The notes below the pieces were generated by a model. That model was not told where the DNA came from, did not search any database, and saw only the letters and a program-made list of their open reading frames with translations. Position numbers and translations under genes: made by a program. Below, piece by piece: positions 28,891-42,575 of a stretch of 64,000 nt of DNA; position 1 is the stretch's first letter, and each line of letters opens with the position of its first letter. Source of the DNA: the human T2T-CHM13v2.0 reference genome, Homo sapiens; the NCBI RefSeq assembly GCF_009914755.1, contig NC_060933.1; one strand, given 5' to 3'.

Positions 28891-31800
28891 TCCATTCCAT
28901 TCCATTCTATTCGGGTTAATTCCATTCCATTCCATTCCATTCCATTCCATTCCATTCCAATCGAGTTGATTCCATTCCATTCCATTCCATTCCATTCCAC
29001 TCCATTCCAGTCCTTTCCATTCCATTCCACTCGGGTTGATTCCAATGTATTCCTTTCCAGTCCATTCCATTCCATTGCAATCGAGTTGATTCCATTCCAT
29101 TCCATTCCATTCCATTCCATTCCATTCCATTCCAGTCCTTTCCATTCCATTCCACTCGGGTTGATTCCATTCTATTAGTTTCCATTCCATTCCATTCCCT
29201 TCCATTCCACTCTGGTTGATTCCATTCCTTTCCAATCCACTCGAATACATTCCCTCCTATTCCACTCGGAACGATTCCATTCCATTCCATTCCATTCCAT
29301 TCCATTCCATGTCTTTCCATTCCGTTCTATTCCATACCATTCCATTCCATTCGATTGCATTCCATTCCATTCCATTCCATTCCACTCGTGTTGATTCCAT
29401 TCCTTTCCATTCCATTCGGTTTGAAGCCATTCCATTCCATTCCATTCCATTCCATTCCATTCCATTCCATTCCATTTCGTTCCATTCCATTCTATTCCGT
29501 ATCATTCCATTCCATTCCATTCCATTCCATTCCCCTGCAGTCTGGTTGTTTCCATTCCATTCCATTCCCTTCCATTCCATTCCATTCCATTCCATTCCTA
29601 TCCGTTCCACTCCATTCCATTCCATTCTATTCGGGTTAATTCCATTCCATTCCATTCCATTCCATTCCATTCCATTCCAATCGAGTTGATTCCATTCCAT
29701 TCCATTCCATTCCATTCCACTCCATTCCAGTCCTTTCCATTCCATTCCACTCGGGTTGATTCCAATATATTCCTTTCCATTCCATTCCATTCCATTGCAA
29801 TCGAGTTGATTCCATTGCTTTGCATTCCATTCCATTCCATTCCATTCCGGATGATTCCATTCCATTGCATTCCATTCCATTCCATTCCTCTCCATTCCAT
29901 TGCACTCGGGTTGATTCCATTCCATTCCATTCCATTCCATTCCATTCCATTACATTACATTACATTACATTCCGTTCCTTTGTACTTGGGTTGATTCCAT
30001 TCCATTGCATTCCATTCCATTCCATTCCATTCCATTCCATTCCATTCCATTCCGTTCCATTCCATTACATTCGGATTGATTCTATTCAACTCCCTTACTC
30101 TCCATTACATTCCATTCCAGTCGGGTTGTTCCATTCCATTCCATTCCATTCCACTCCATTCCAGTGCGCTCGGGTTGATTCCATTCCATTCCATTCCATT
30201 CCATTCCATTCCATTCCATTCCATTCCGGATGATTCCATTCCATTGCATTCCGTTCCATTACATTCCCCTGCACTCGGGTTGATTCCATTCCATTCCATT
30301 CCATTCCATTCCATTCCATTCCATTCCATTCGATTCCATTCCATTCCAATTCTTTCCATTGCATTCTATTCCGTACCATTCCATTCCATTCCATACAATT
30401 CCATTCCATTCCATTCCACTCCGTTCCGTTCCTTTCCGTTCTGTTCCGTTCCATTCCATTCCATTCCATTCTATTCGGTTTAATTCCATTCCATTCCATT
30501 CCATTCCATTCCATTCCATTCTATTCCATTCCATTGCAATCGAGTTGAATCCATTGCATTCCATTCCATTCCATTCCATTCCGGAAGATTCCATTCCATT
30601 GCATTCCATTCCATTCCATTCCATTCCATTCCATTGTACTCGGGTTGATTCCATTCCATTGCATTCCATTCCATTCCATTCCATTCCGTTCCATTCCATT
30701 CCATTACATTCGAATTGATTCTTTTCAACTCCCTTACTCTCCATTACATTCCATTCCATTCGGGTTGTTCCATTCCATTCCATTCCATTCCACTCCATTC
30801 CATTGCACTCGGGTTGATTCCATTCCATTCCATTCCGGATGATTCCATTCCATTGCATTCCGTTCCATTACATTCCCCTGCACTCGGGTTGATTCCATTC
30901 CATTCCTTTCCATTCCATTCGATTCCATTCCATTCCCCTGCACGCGCGTTGATTCCATTCCATTCCATTCCATTCCATTCCATTCCATTCCTTTCCGTTC
31001 CATTCCATTCCATTCCATTCCATTCCGTTCCGTTCCATTCCATTCCATTCCATTCTATTCGGGTTAATTCCATTCCATTCCATTCGATTGCAATCGAGTT
31101 GATTCCATTCCATTCCATACCATTCGATTGCAATCGAGTTGATTCCATTCCATTCCATTACATTCCATTCCATTCCAGTCCTTTCCATTCCTTTCCATTC
31201 CATTACTGATGATTCCATTCTATTGCATTCCATTCCATTCCATTCCCCTGTACTCGGGTTGATTCCATTCCATTCCATTCCAATCCATGCCATTCCACTC
31301 GTGTTGATTCCATTCTTTCCATTCCATTCAAGTTGAATGCATTCCATTGCATTCCATTCAATTCCATTCGCCTGCAGTAGGGTTGATTCCATTCCATTCC
31401 ATTCCATTCCATTACATTCCATTCCATTCCGTTCCGTTCCGTTCCATTCCATTCCATTCCATTGTATTCGGGTTAATTCCATTCCATTCCATTCCATTCC
31501 ATTCCATTCCAATCGAGTTGATTCCATTCCATTCCATTCCATTCCATTCCACTCCATTCCAGTCCTTTCCATTCCATTCCACTCGGGTTGATTCCAATGT
31601 ATTCCTTTCCATTACATTCCATTCCATTGCAATCGAGTTGATTCCATTGCTTTGCATTCCATTCCATTCCATTCCATTCCGGATGATTCCATTCCATTGC
31701 ATTCCATTCCATTCCATTCCCCTGCACTCGGGTTGATTCCATTCCATTCCACTCCATTCCATTCCATTCCCTTCCTTTCCGTTCCATTCCATTCCATTCC

Positions 31801-34800
31801 ATTCTATTCCGTTCCGTTCCATTCCATTCCATTCCATTCCATTCCGTTCCGTTCCATTCCATTCCATTCCATTCTATTCGGGTTAATTCCATTCCATTCC
31901 ATTCGATTGCAATCGAGTTGATTCCATTCCATTCCATTCAATTCCATTCCATTCCATTCCATTCCTTTCCATTCCATTACGGATGATTCCATTCCATTGC
32001 ATTCCATTCCATTCCATTCCCCTGTACTCGGGTTGATTCCATTCCATTCCATTCCAATCCATGCAATTCCACTCGTTTTGATTCCATTCTTTCCATTCCA
32101 TTCAAGTTGAATCCATTCCATTGCATTCCATTCCATTCGATTCCATTCGATTGCACTCGGGTTGATTCCATTCCATTGCATTCCATTCCATTCCATTCCA
32201 TTCCGTTCCATTCCTTTTCATTACATTCAGATTGATTCTATTCAATTCCCTTACACTCCAATATATTCCAATCCATTCTGGTTGTTTCCATTCCATTGCA
32301 TTCCATTTCACTCCATTCCATTGCACTCGGGTTGATTCCATTCCATTCCATTCCATTCCATTCCATTCCGGATGATTCCATTCCATTGCATTCCGTTCCA
32401 TTACATTCCCCTGCACTCGCGTTGATTCCATTCCATTCCATTCCATTCCATTCCGTTCCATTCCGTACCATTCCGTTCCATTCCATTCCATTCTATTCGG
32501 GTTAATTCCATTCCATTCCATTCCATTCCATTCCATTCCATTCCATTCTATTCCATTCCATTGCAATCGAGTTGAATCCATTGCATTTCATTCCATTCCA
32601 TTCCATTCCATTCCATTCCGGAAGATTCCATTCCATTGCATTCCTTTCCATTCCATTCCCCTGCACTCGCGTTGATTCCATTCCATTCCATTCCATTCCA
32701 TTCCATTCCATTCCATTCCGTTCCGTTCCGTTCCGTTCCATTTCATTCCATTCCATTCCATTCCATTCCGTTCCGTTCCATTCCATTCCATTCCATTCTA
32801 TTCGGGTTAATTCCATTCCATTCCATTCGATTGCAATCGTGTTGATTCCATTCCATTCCATTCCATTCCATTCCATTCCATTCCATTCCATTCCTTTCTA
32901 TTCCATTACGGATGATTCCATTCCATTGCATTCCATTCCATTCCATTCCCCTGTACTCGGGTTGATTCCATTCCATTGCATTCCATTCCATGCCCTTCCA
33001 CTCTTGTTGATTCCATTCTTTCCATTCCATTCAAGTTGAATCCATTCCATTGCATTCCATTCCATTCGATTCCATTCGATTGCACTCGGGTTGATTCCAT
33101 TCCATTGCATTCCATTCCATTCCATTCCTTTCCATTCCATTCCGTTCCATTCCATTCCATTACATTCGGATTGATTCTATTCAATTCCCTTACACTCCAT
33201 TATATTCTATTCCATTCGGGTAGTTTCCATTCCATTCCATTCCATTCCTCTCCATTCCATTGCACTCGGGTTGATTCCATTCCATTGCATTCCATTCCAT
33301 TCCATTCAATTCCATTCCGTTCCATTCCATTCCATTCCATTCGGATTGATTCTATTCAACTCCCTTACTCTACATTACATTCCATTCGATTCGGGCTGTT
33401 CCATTCCATTCCATTCCATTCCACTCCATTCCATTGCACTCGGGTTTATTCCATTCCATTCCATTCCATTCCATTCCATTCCATTCCGGAAGATTCCATT
33501 CCATTGCATTCCATTCCATTCCATTCCCCTGCACTCTCGTTGATTCCATTCCATTCCATTCCATTCCATTGCATTCCATTCCATTCCATTCCTTTCCGTT
33601 CCATTCCCTTCCATTCCATTCCATTCCGTTCCGTTCCGTTCCATTCCATTCCATTCCATTCCATTCTATTCGGGTTAATTCCATTCCATTCCATTCGATT
33701 GCAATCGAGTTGATTCCATTCCATTCCATTCCATTCCATTCCATTCCATTCCATTCCATTCCTTTCCATTCCATTACGGATGATTCCATTCCATTGCATT
33801 CCATTCCATTCCATTCCCCTGTACTCGGGTTCATTCCATTCCATTCCATTCCAATCCATGCCATTCCACTCGTGTTGATTCCATTCTTTCCATTCCATTC
33901 AAGTTGAATCCATTCCATTGCATTCCATTCCATTCCATTCCCCTGCAGTCGGGTTGATTCCATTCCATTCCATTCCATTCCATTCCATTCCATTCCGTTC
34001 CGTTCCGTTTCATGCCATTCCATTCCATTCTATTCGGGTTAATTCCATTCCATTCCGTTCCATTCCATTCCATTCCATTCCATTCCATTCCATTCCATTC
34101 CAATCGAGTTCATTCCATTCCATTCCATTCCATTCCATTCCATTCCATTCCACTCCATTCCAGTCCTTTCCATTCCATTCCACTCCGGTTGATTCCAATG
34201 TATTCCTTTCCATTCCATTCCATTCCATTGCAATCGAGTTGATTCCATTGCTTTGCATTCCATTCCATTCCATTCCATTCCGGATGATTCCATTCCATTG
34301 CATTCCATTCCATTCCACTCCCCTGCACTCGGGTTGATTCCATTCCATTCCACTCCATTCCGTTACTTTCCATTCCATTCCATTGTATTCGGGTTAATTC
34401 CATTCCATTCCATTCCATTCCATTCCATTCCATTCCATTACAATCGAGTTGATTCCATTCCATTCCATTCCATTCCAGTCCTTTCCATTCCATTCCAATC
34501 AGGTTGATTCCATTCTATTAGTTTCCATTCCATTCCATTCCCTTCCATTCCACTCTGGTTGATTCCATTCCTTTCCATTCCACTCGAATACATTCCCTCC
34601 TATTCCACTCGGAACGATTCCATTCCATTCCATTCCATTCCATTCCATTCCATTCCATTCCATTCCATTCCATTTCGTTCCATTCCATTCTCTTCCGTAT
34701 CATTCCATTCCATTCCATTCCATTCCATTCCATTCCATTCCATTCCACTCGTGTTGATTCCATTCCTTTCCATTCCATTCGGTTTGAAGGCATTCCATTC

Positions 34801-35749
34801 CATTCCATTCCATTCCATTCCATTCCATTCCATTCCATTCCATTGTACTCTGGTTGATTGCATTCCATTGCATTCCATTCCATACCATTCCGTTGCATTC
34901 CATTCCATTACATTCGGATTGATTCTATTCAACTCCCTTACATTCCATTACATTCCATTCCATTCGTTTTGTTCCATTCCATTACATTCCATTCCACTCC
35001 ATTCCATTGCACTCGGGTTGATTTCATTCCATTCCATTCCATTCCATTCCATTCCATTCCGGATGATTCCATTCCATTGCATTCCGTTCCATTACATTCC
35101 CCTGCACTCGCGTTGATTCCATTCCATTCCATTCAATTCCATTCCATTACAATTCGTTACATACCATTCTATTCCGTACCATTCCATTCCATTCCATACC
35201 ATTCCATTCCATTCCATTCCATTCCATTCCGTTCCATTCTGTTCCATTGCATTCCATTCCATTCTATTCGTGTTCATTCCATTCCATTCCATTCCATTCC
35301 ATTCTATTCCATTCCATTTCAATCGAGTTGAATCCATTGCATTTCATTCCATTCCATTCCATTCCATTCCATTCCGGAAGATTCCATTCCATTGCATTCC
35401 ATTCCATTCCATTCCCCTGCACTCGCGTTGATTCCATTCCATTCCATTCCATTCCATTCCGTTCCGTTCCATTCCATTCCATTCCATTCCATTCCGTTCC
35501 TTTCCATTCCATTCCATTCCATTCTATTCGGGTTAATTCCATTCCATTCCATTCGATTGCAATCGAGTTGATTCCATTCCATTGCATTCCATTCCATTCG
35601 ATTCCATTCGATTGCACTCGGGTTGATTCCATTCCATTGCATTCCATTCCATTCCATTACATTCCACTCCATTCCGTTCCATTCCTTTCCATTACATTCG
35701 GATTGATTCTATTCAATTCCCTTACACTCCATTACATTCCATTCCATTC

Positions 35750-36005
35750 GGGTAGTTTCCACTCCATTCCATTCCATTTCTCTCCATTCCATTGCACTCG
35801 GGTTGATTCCATTCCATTGCATTCCATTCCATTCGGGTAGTTTCCACTCCATTCCATTCCATTCCTCTCCATTCCATTGCACTCGGGTTGATTCCATTCC
35901 ATTGCATTCCATTCCATTCGGGTACTTTCCACTCCATTCCATTCCATTCCTCTCCATTCCATGGCACTCGGGTTGATTCCATTCCATTGCATTCCATTCC
36001 ATTCC
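35750..36005 (+). repeat. Tandem triplication, period 85 bp
   Basis: GGGTA(G/C)TTTCCACTCC starts at 35750, 35835 and 35920, each followed by TCTCCATTCCAT(T/G)GCACTCGGGTTG. Confidence 0.92.
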
Positions 36006-39000
36006 ATTCAATTCCATTCCGTTCCATTCCATTCCATTACATTCGGATTGATTCTATTCAACTCCCTTACTCTCCATTACATTCCATTCCATTCGGGTTG
36101 TTCCATTCCATTCCATTCCATTCCACTCCATTCCATTGCACTCGGGTTTATTCCATTCCATTCCATTCCATTCCATTCCATTCCATTCCATTCCGGAAGA
36201 TTCCATTCCATTGCATTCCATTCCATTCCTTTCCCCTGCACTCGCGTTGATTCCATTCCATTCCTTTCCATTCCATTCCATTCCATTCCTTTCCGTTCCA
36301 TTCCATTCCATTCCATTCCATTCGGTTCCGTTCCGTTCCGTTCCGTTCCATTCCATTCCATTCCATTCTATTCGGGTTAATTCCATTCCATTCCATTCGA
36401 CTGCAATCGAGTTGATTCCATTCCATTCCATTCCATTCCATTCCATTCCATTCCATTCTTTCCATTCCATTCAAGTTGAATCCATTCCATTGCATTCCAT
36501 TCCATTCCATTCCCCTGCAGTCGGATTGATTCCATTCCATTCCATTCCATTCCATTCCATTCCATTCCTTCCATTCCATTCCATTCCGTTCCGTTCCGTT
36601 CCGTTCCGTTCCATTCCATTCCATTCTATTCGGGTTAATTCCGTTCCATTCCATTCCATTCCATTCCATTCCAATCGAGTTGATTCCATTCCATTCCATT
36701 CCATTCCATTCTACTCCATTCCAGTCCTTTCCATTCCATTCCACTCGGGTTGATTCCAATGTATTCCTTTCCATTCCATTGCATTACATTGCAATCGAGT
36801 TGATTCCATTGCTTTGCATTCCATTCCATTCCATTCCATTCCGGATGATTCCATTCCATTGCATTCCATTCCATTCCATTCCCCTGCACTCGGGTTGATT
36901 CTATTCCATTCCATTCCGTTCCGTTCCATTCCATTCCATTCCATTCTATTCGGGTTAATTCCATTCCATTCCATTCGATTGCAATCGTGTTGATTCCATT
37001 CCATTCCATTCCATTCCATTCCATTCCATTCCATTCCTTTCCATTCCATTACGGATGATTCCATTCCATTGCATTCCATTCCATTCCATTCCCCTGTACT
37101 CGGGTTGATTCCATTCCATTGCATTCCAATCCATGCCCTTCCACTCGTGTACATTCCATTCTTTCCATTCCATTCAAGTTGAATCCATTCCATTGCATTC
37201 CATTCCATTCGATTCCATTCGATTGCACTCGGGTTGATTCCATTCCATTGCATTCCATTCCATTCCATTCCGTTCCATTCCTTTCCATTACATTCGGATT
37301 GATTCTATTCAATTCCCTTACACTCCATTACATTCCATTCCATTCGGGTAGTTTCCATTCCATTCCATTCCATTCCTCTCCATTCCATTGCACTCGGGTT
37401 GATTCCATTCCATTGCATTCCATTCCATTCCATTCAATTCCATTCCGCTTCATTCCATTCCATTACATTCGGATTGATTCTATTCAACTCCCTTACTCTC
37501 CATTACATTCCATTCCATTCGGGCTGTTCCATTCCATTCCATTCCATTCCACTCCATTCCATTGCACTCGGGTTTATTCCATTCCATTCCATTCCATTCC
37601 ATTCCATTCCATTCCATTCCGGAAGATTCCATTCTATTGCATTCCATTCCATTCCATTCCCCTGCACTCGCGTTAATTCCATTCCATTCCATTCCATTCC
37701 GTTCCGTTCCATTCCATTCCATTCCATTCCATTCCGTTCCGTTCCATTCCATTCCATTCCATTCTATTCGGGTTGATTCCATTCCATTCCATTCGACTGC
37801 CATCGAGTTGATTCCATTCCATTCCATTCCATTCCATTCCATTCCATTCCATTCCATTCCATTCCTTTCCATTCCATTACGGATGACTCCATTCCATTGC
37901 ATTCCATTCCATTCCATTCCTCTGTACTCGGGTTGATTCCATTCCATTCCATTCCACTCCATTCGGTTCCGTTGCATTCCATTCTATTGCATTCCATTCT
38001 ATTCGGGTTAATTCCATTCCATTCTATTCCATTCCATTCCATTCCATTCCATTGCAATGGAGTTGGTACGATTCCATTCCATTCCATTCCGGATGATTCC
38101 ATTCCATTGCATTCCATTCCATTCCATTCCCCTGCACTCGTGTTGATCCCATTCCCTTCCATTCCATTCCATTCCGTTCCATTCCATTCCATTCCATTCT
38201 ATTCCGGTTAATTCCATTCCATTCCATTCCATTCCATTCCCTTCCATTCCATTGCAATCGAGTTGATTCCATTCCATTCCTTTCCATTCCATTCCATTGT
38301 CTTGCATTCCACTCGGGTTGATTCCATTCCCTTCTTTCCACTCCATTACATTCCCTTCCATTCCACTCGGAATGATTGATTCCATTCCATTCCATTCCAT
38401 TCCATTCCATTGCAATCCATTCCAATCCATTCCATTCCATTCCATTCCACTCGAGTTGACTTCATTCCATTCCTTTCCATTCCATTCCATTCCTTTCCAC
38501 TCGAGTTGATTCCATTCCATTCCATTCCATTCCATTGCATTCCATTCCATGCCATTCCACTCGGGTTGATTCCATTCCTTTGCATTCCATTCCATTCCAT
38601 TCCATTCCATTCCGTTGCATTCCATTCCATTACATTCGGATTGATTCTATTCAACTCCCTTACTGTCCATTACATTCCATTCCATTCTGGTTGTTCCATT
38701 CCATTCCATTCCATTCCACTCCATTCCATTGCACTCGGGTTGATTCCATTCCATTCCATTCCATTCCATTCCATTCCATTCCATTCCATTCCGGATGATT
38801 CTATTCCATTGCATTCCGTTCCATTACATTCCCCTGCACTCGCGTTGATTCCATTCCATTCCATTACATTCTATTCAATTCCATTCCATTACAATTCGTT
38901 CCATTCCATTCTATTCCGTACCATTCCATTCCTTTCCATACCATTCCATTCCATTCCATTCCATTCCATTCCATTCCGTTCCATTCCGTTCCATTCCATT

Positions 39001-39110
39001 CCATTCTATTCGGGGTAATTCCATTCCATTCCATTCCATTCCATTCTATTCCATTCCATTGCAATCGAGTTGAATCCATTTCATTTCATTCCATTCCATT
39101 CCATTCCATT

Positions 39111-42100
39111 CCGTTTGATTCCATTCCATTGCATTCCATTGCATTCCATTCCCCTGTACTCTGGTTGATCCCATTCCATTGCATTCCATTCCATTCCATT
39201 CCATTCCATTCCATTCCGTTCCGTTCCATTCCATTCCCTTCCATTCTCTTCAGGTTAATTCCATTCCATTCCATTCCCTTCCATTCCACTCCATTCCATT
39301 CCATTCCATTCCATGCCATTCCACTCGGGTTGATTCCATTCCTTTCCATTCCATTCGAGTTGAACCCATTCCATTCCATTCCATTCCATTCCATTCCATT
39401 CCACTCGGGTTGATTCCATTCCTTTCCATTCCATTCGGGTTGAAACCATTCCATTCCATTCCATTCCTTTCGATTCCATTCCATTTCACTCTGGTTGATC
39501 CCATTCCTTTCCATTCCATTCGGGTTGAATCCATTCCATTCCATTCCATTCCATTTGATTCCAATCCATTGAACTCGGGTTGATTCCATTCCATTCCATG
39601 CCATTCCATTTCATTCCATTCCGTTCCATTCCATTCCATTACATTCGGATTGATTCTTTTTAATTCCCTTACACTCCATTACATTCCTTTCCATTCGGGT
39701 ACTTTCCATTCCATTCCATTCCATTCCACTGCATTCTATTGCACTCGTGTTGATTGATTCCATTCCATTGCATTCCATTCCATTCCATTCCCCTGCTCTC
39801 GGGTTGATCCCATTGCATTGCATTCCATTCCATTCCATTCCATTCCATTCCATTCCGTTCCATTCTATTCCATTCCATTCTGTTCAGGTTAATTCCATTC
39901 CATTCCATTCCCTTCCATTCCATTCCATTCCATTCCATCCCATTGCAATCTAGTTGATTCCATTGCATTCCATTCCATTCCATTCCATTCCATTCCATTG
40001 CATTCCATTCCATTCCATTCTCCTGCACTCAGATTGATTCCATTCCATCCCATTCCATTCCATTCCGTTCCATTACATTCCATTCCATTCTATTCGCGTT
40101 AATTCCATTCCATTCCATTCCATTACATTCCATTGCAATCGAGTTGATTCCATTCCATTCCGTTCCATTCCATTCCATTCCATTCCATTTCGTTCCATTC
40201 CATTTTATTCTGTACCATTCCATTCCATTCCATTACATTCCATTCCATGCCATTCCAGTCGGGTTGATTCCATTGCTTTCCATTCCATTTGGGTTGAATA
40301 CAATCCATTCCATTCCATTCCATTCCATTCCATTGCACTAGGTTTGATTCCATTCCACTGCATTCCATTCCATTCCATTCCGTTCCATTCCATTCCATTA
40401 CATTCGGATTGATTGTATTCAATTCCCTTACACTCCATAACATTCCATTCCATTCGGGTTGTTTCCATTCCATTACATTCCATTCCACTCCATTCCATTG
40501 CACTCAGGTTGATTCCATTCCATTCCATTCCATTTCGTTCCATTCCATTCTATTCCGTACCATTCCATTCCATTCCATTCCATTCCATGCCATTCCACTC
40601 AGGTTTATTACATTCCTTTCCATTCCATTCGGGTTGAATCCATTCCATTCCATTCCATTCCATTCCATTCCATTCCTTTGCACTCGGGTTGATTCCATTC
40701 CATTCCCTGCCATTCCATTTCATTCCATTCCATTCCATTCCATTCCATTCCATTCCGTTCCATTCCATTCCATTACATTCGGATTGATTGTATTCAATTC
40801 CCTTACACTCCATTACATTCCATTCCATTCGCGTTGTTTCCCTTCCATTACATTCCATTCCACTGCATTCCATTACCCTCAGGTTGATTCCATTCCATTC
40901 CATTCCATTCCATTCCATTCCATTCCATTTCGTTCCATTCCATTCTATTCCGTACCATTCCCTTCCATTCCATTCCATTCCACTCCATTCCATGCCATTC
41001 CACTCGGGTTTATTCCGTTCCTTTCCATTCCATTCGGGTTGAATCCATTCCATTCGGGTTGAATCCATTCCATTCCATTCCATTCCATTCCATTCTATTC
41101 CATTCCATTCCATTCCATGCCATTCCACTCGGGTTGATTCCATTCCTTTCCATTCCATTCGAGTTGAACCCATTCCATTCCATTCCATTCCATTCCATTC
41201 CATTGCTCACGGGTTCATTCCATCAAATTCCATTCCATTCCATTCCATTCCATTCCATTTCGTTCCATTCCATTCTACTCCGTACCATTGCATTCCATTC
41301 CATTCCCTTCCATGCCATTTCACTCGGGTTTATTCCTTTCCTTTCCATTCCATTCGGGTTGAATCCATTCCATTCCATTCCATTGCATTCCATTCCATTC
41401 CATTCCCCTGCAATCGGGTGGATTCCATTCTATTCCATTCCATTCCATTCCATTCAATTCCATTCCATTCCATTCCATTCCATTTCGTTCCATTCCATTC
41501 TATTCCGTACCTTTCCATTCCATTCCATTCCGTTCCATTCCATTCTATTCCATACCTTTCCATTCCATTCCATTCCATTCCATTCCATGCCATTCCACTC
41601 CATTCCATGCCATTCCACTCGGGTTGATTCCATTACTTTCCATTCCATTTGGGTTGAATCTAATCCATTCCATTCCATTCCATTCCATTCCATTGCACTA
41701 GGTTTGATTCCATTTCACTGCATTCCATTCCATTCCATTCCATTAAATTCCATTCCACTCGGGTTGATTCCATTCCTTTCCATTCCATTCGTGTTGAATC
41801 CATTCCATTCCATTCCATTACTTTCGATTCCATTCCATTGCACTCGGGTTGAACCCATTCCATTGGATTCCATTCCATTCCATTGCATTCCATTCCGTTC
41901 CATTCCATTCCATTACATTCGTATTGATTCTATTCACTTCCCTTACACTCCATTCCATTCCATTACATTCGTATTGATTCTATTCAGTTCCCTTACACTC
42001 CATTCCATTCCATTCCATTCGGGTTGTTTCCATTCCATTCCATTCCATTACACTCCATTCCATTGCAATCGGGTTGATTCCATTCCATTCCATTCCATTC

Positions 42101-42575
42101 CATTCCGTATGATTCCATTCCATTGCATTCCATTCCATTCCATTCCCCTGCACTCAGGTGGATTCCATTCTATTCCATTCCATTCCATTCCACTCTATTC
42201 CATTCCATTCCATTCCATTCCATTCCATTCCATTCCATTCTATTCGGGTTAATTTCATTCCATTCCATTCCATTTCATTCCATTGCATTCCATTCCATTC
42301 CATTGAAATCGAGTTGATTCCATTTCATTCCATTCCATTCCATTCCATTCCATTCCATTCCATTGCATTCTATTCCGGTTAATTCCATTCCATTCCATTC
42401 CCTTCCATTCCATTCCATTCCATTCTATTAGGGTTAATTCCATTCCATTCCATTCCATTACATTCCATTGCAATCGAGTTGATTCCATTCCATTCCATTC
42501 CATTCCATTCAATTCCGGATGATTGCATTCCATTGCCTTCCATTCCATTCCATTCCCCTGCACTCGGGTTGATTC
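39111..42575 (+). repeat. HSat3 domain B island
   Basis: A-type cassettes disappear. B-type motifs appear: GTTGATCCC, CGAGTTGAACCC, CGGGTTGAATCC, TTCTTTTTAATTCCC (~39655), GTTGATTGATTCC, GCACTAGGTTTG (~40335, ~41695). 39120-39370 matches 53670-53920, and 39560-40470 matches 61110-62140. Confidence 0.85.

Larger units (their letters stand above)
1..39110 (+). repeat. HSat3 sequence domain A, first block (rearranged ~2.65 kb higher-order units)
   Basis: Recurrent cassettes: ATTCCGGAAGATTCC; CCCCTGCACTCGCGTTG; TTACGGATGATTCC; CTCGTGTTGATTCCATTCTTTCCATTCCATTCAAGTTGAATCC; CAACTCCCTTACTCTCC...CGGGTTGTTCC; CGAATACATTCCCTCCTATTCC; also (CGTTC)n runs. Right boundary approximate. Confidence 0.85.
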
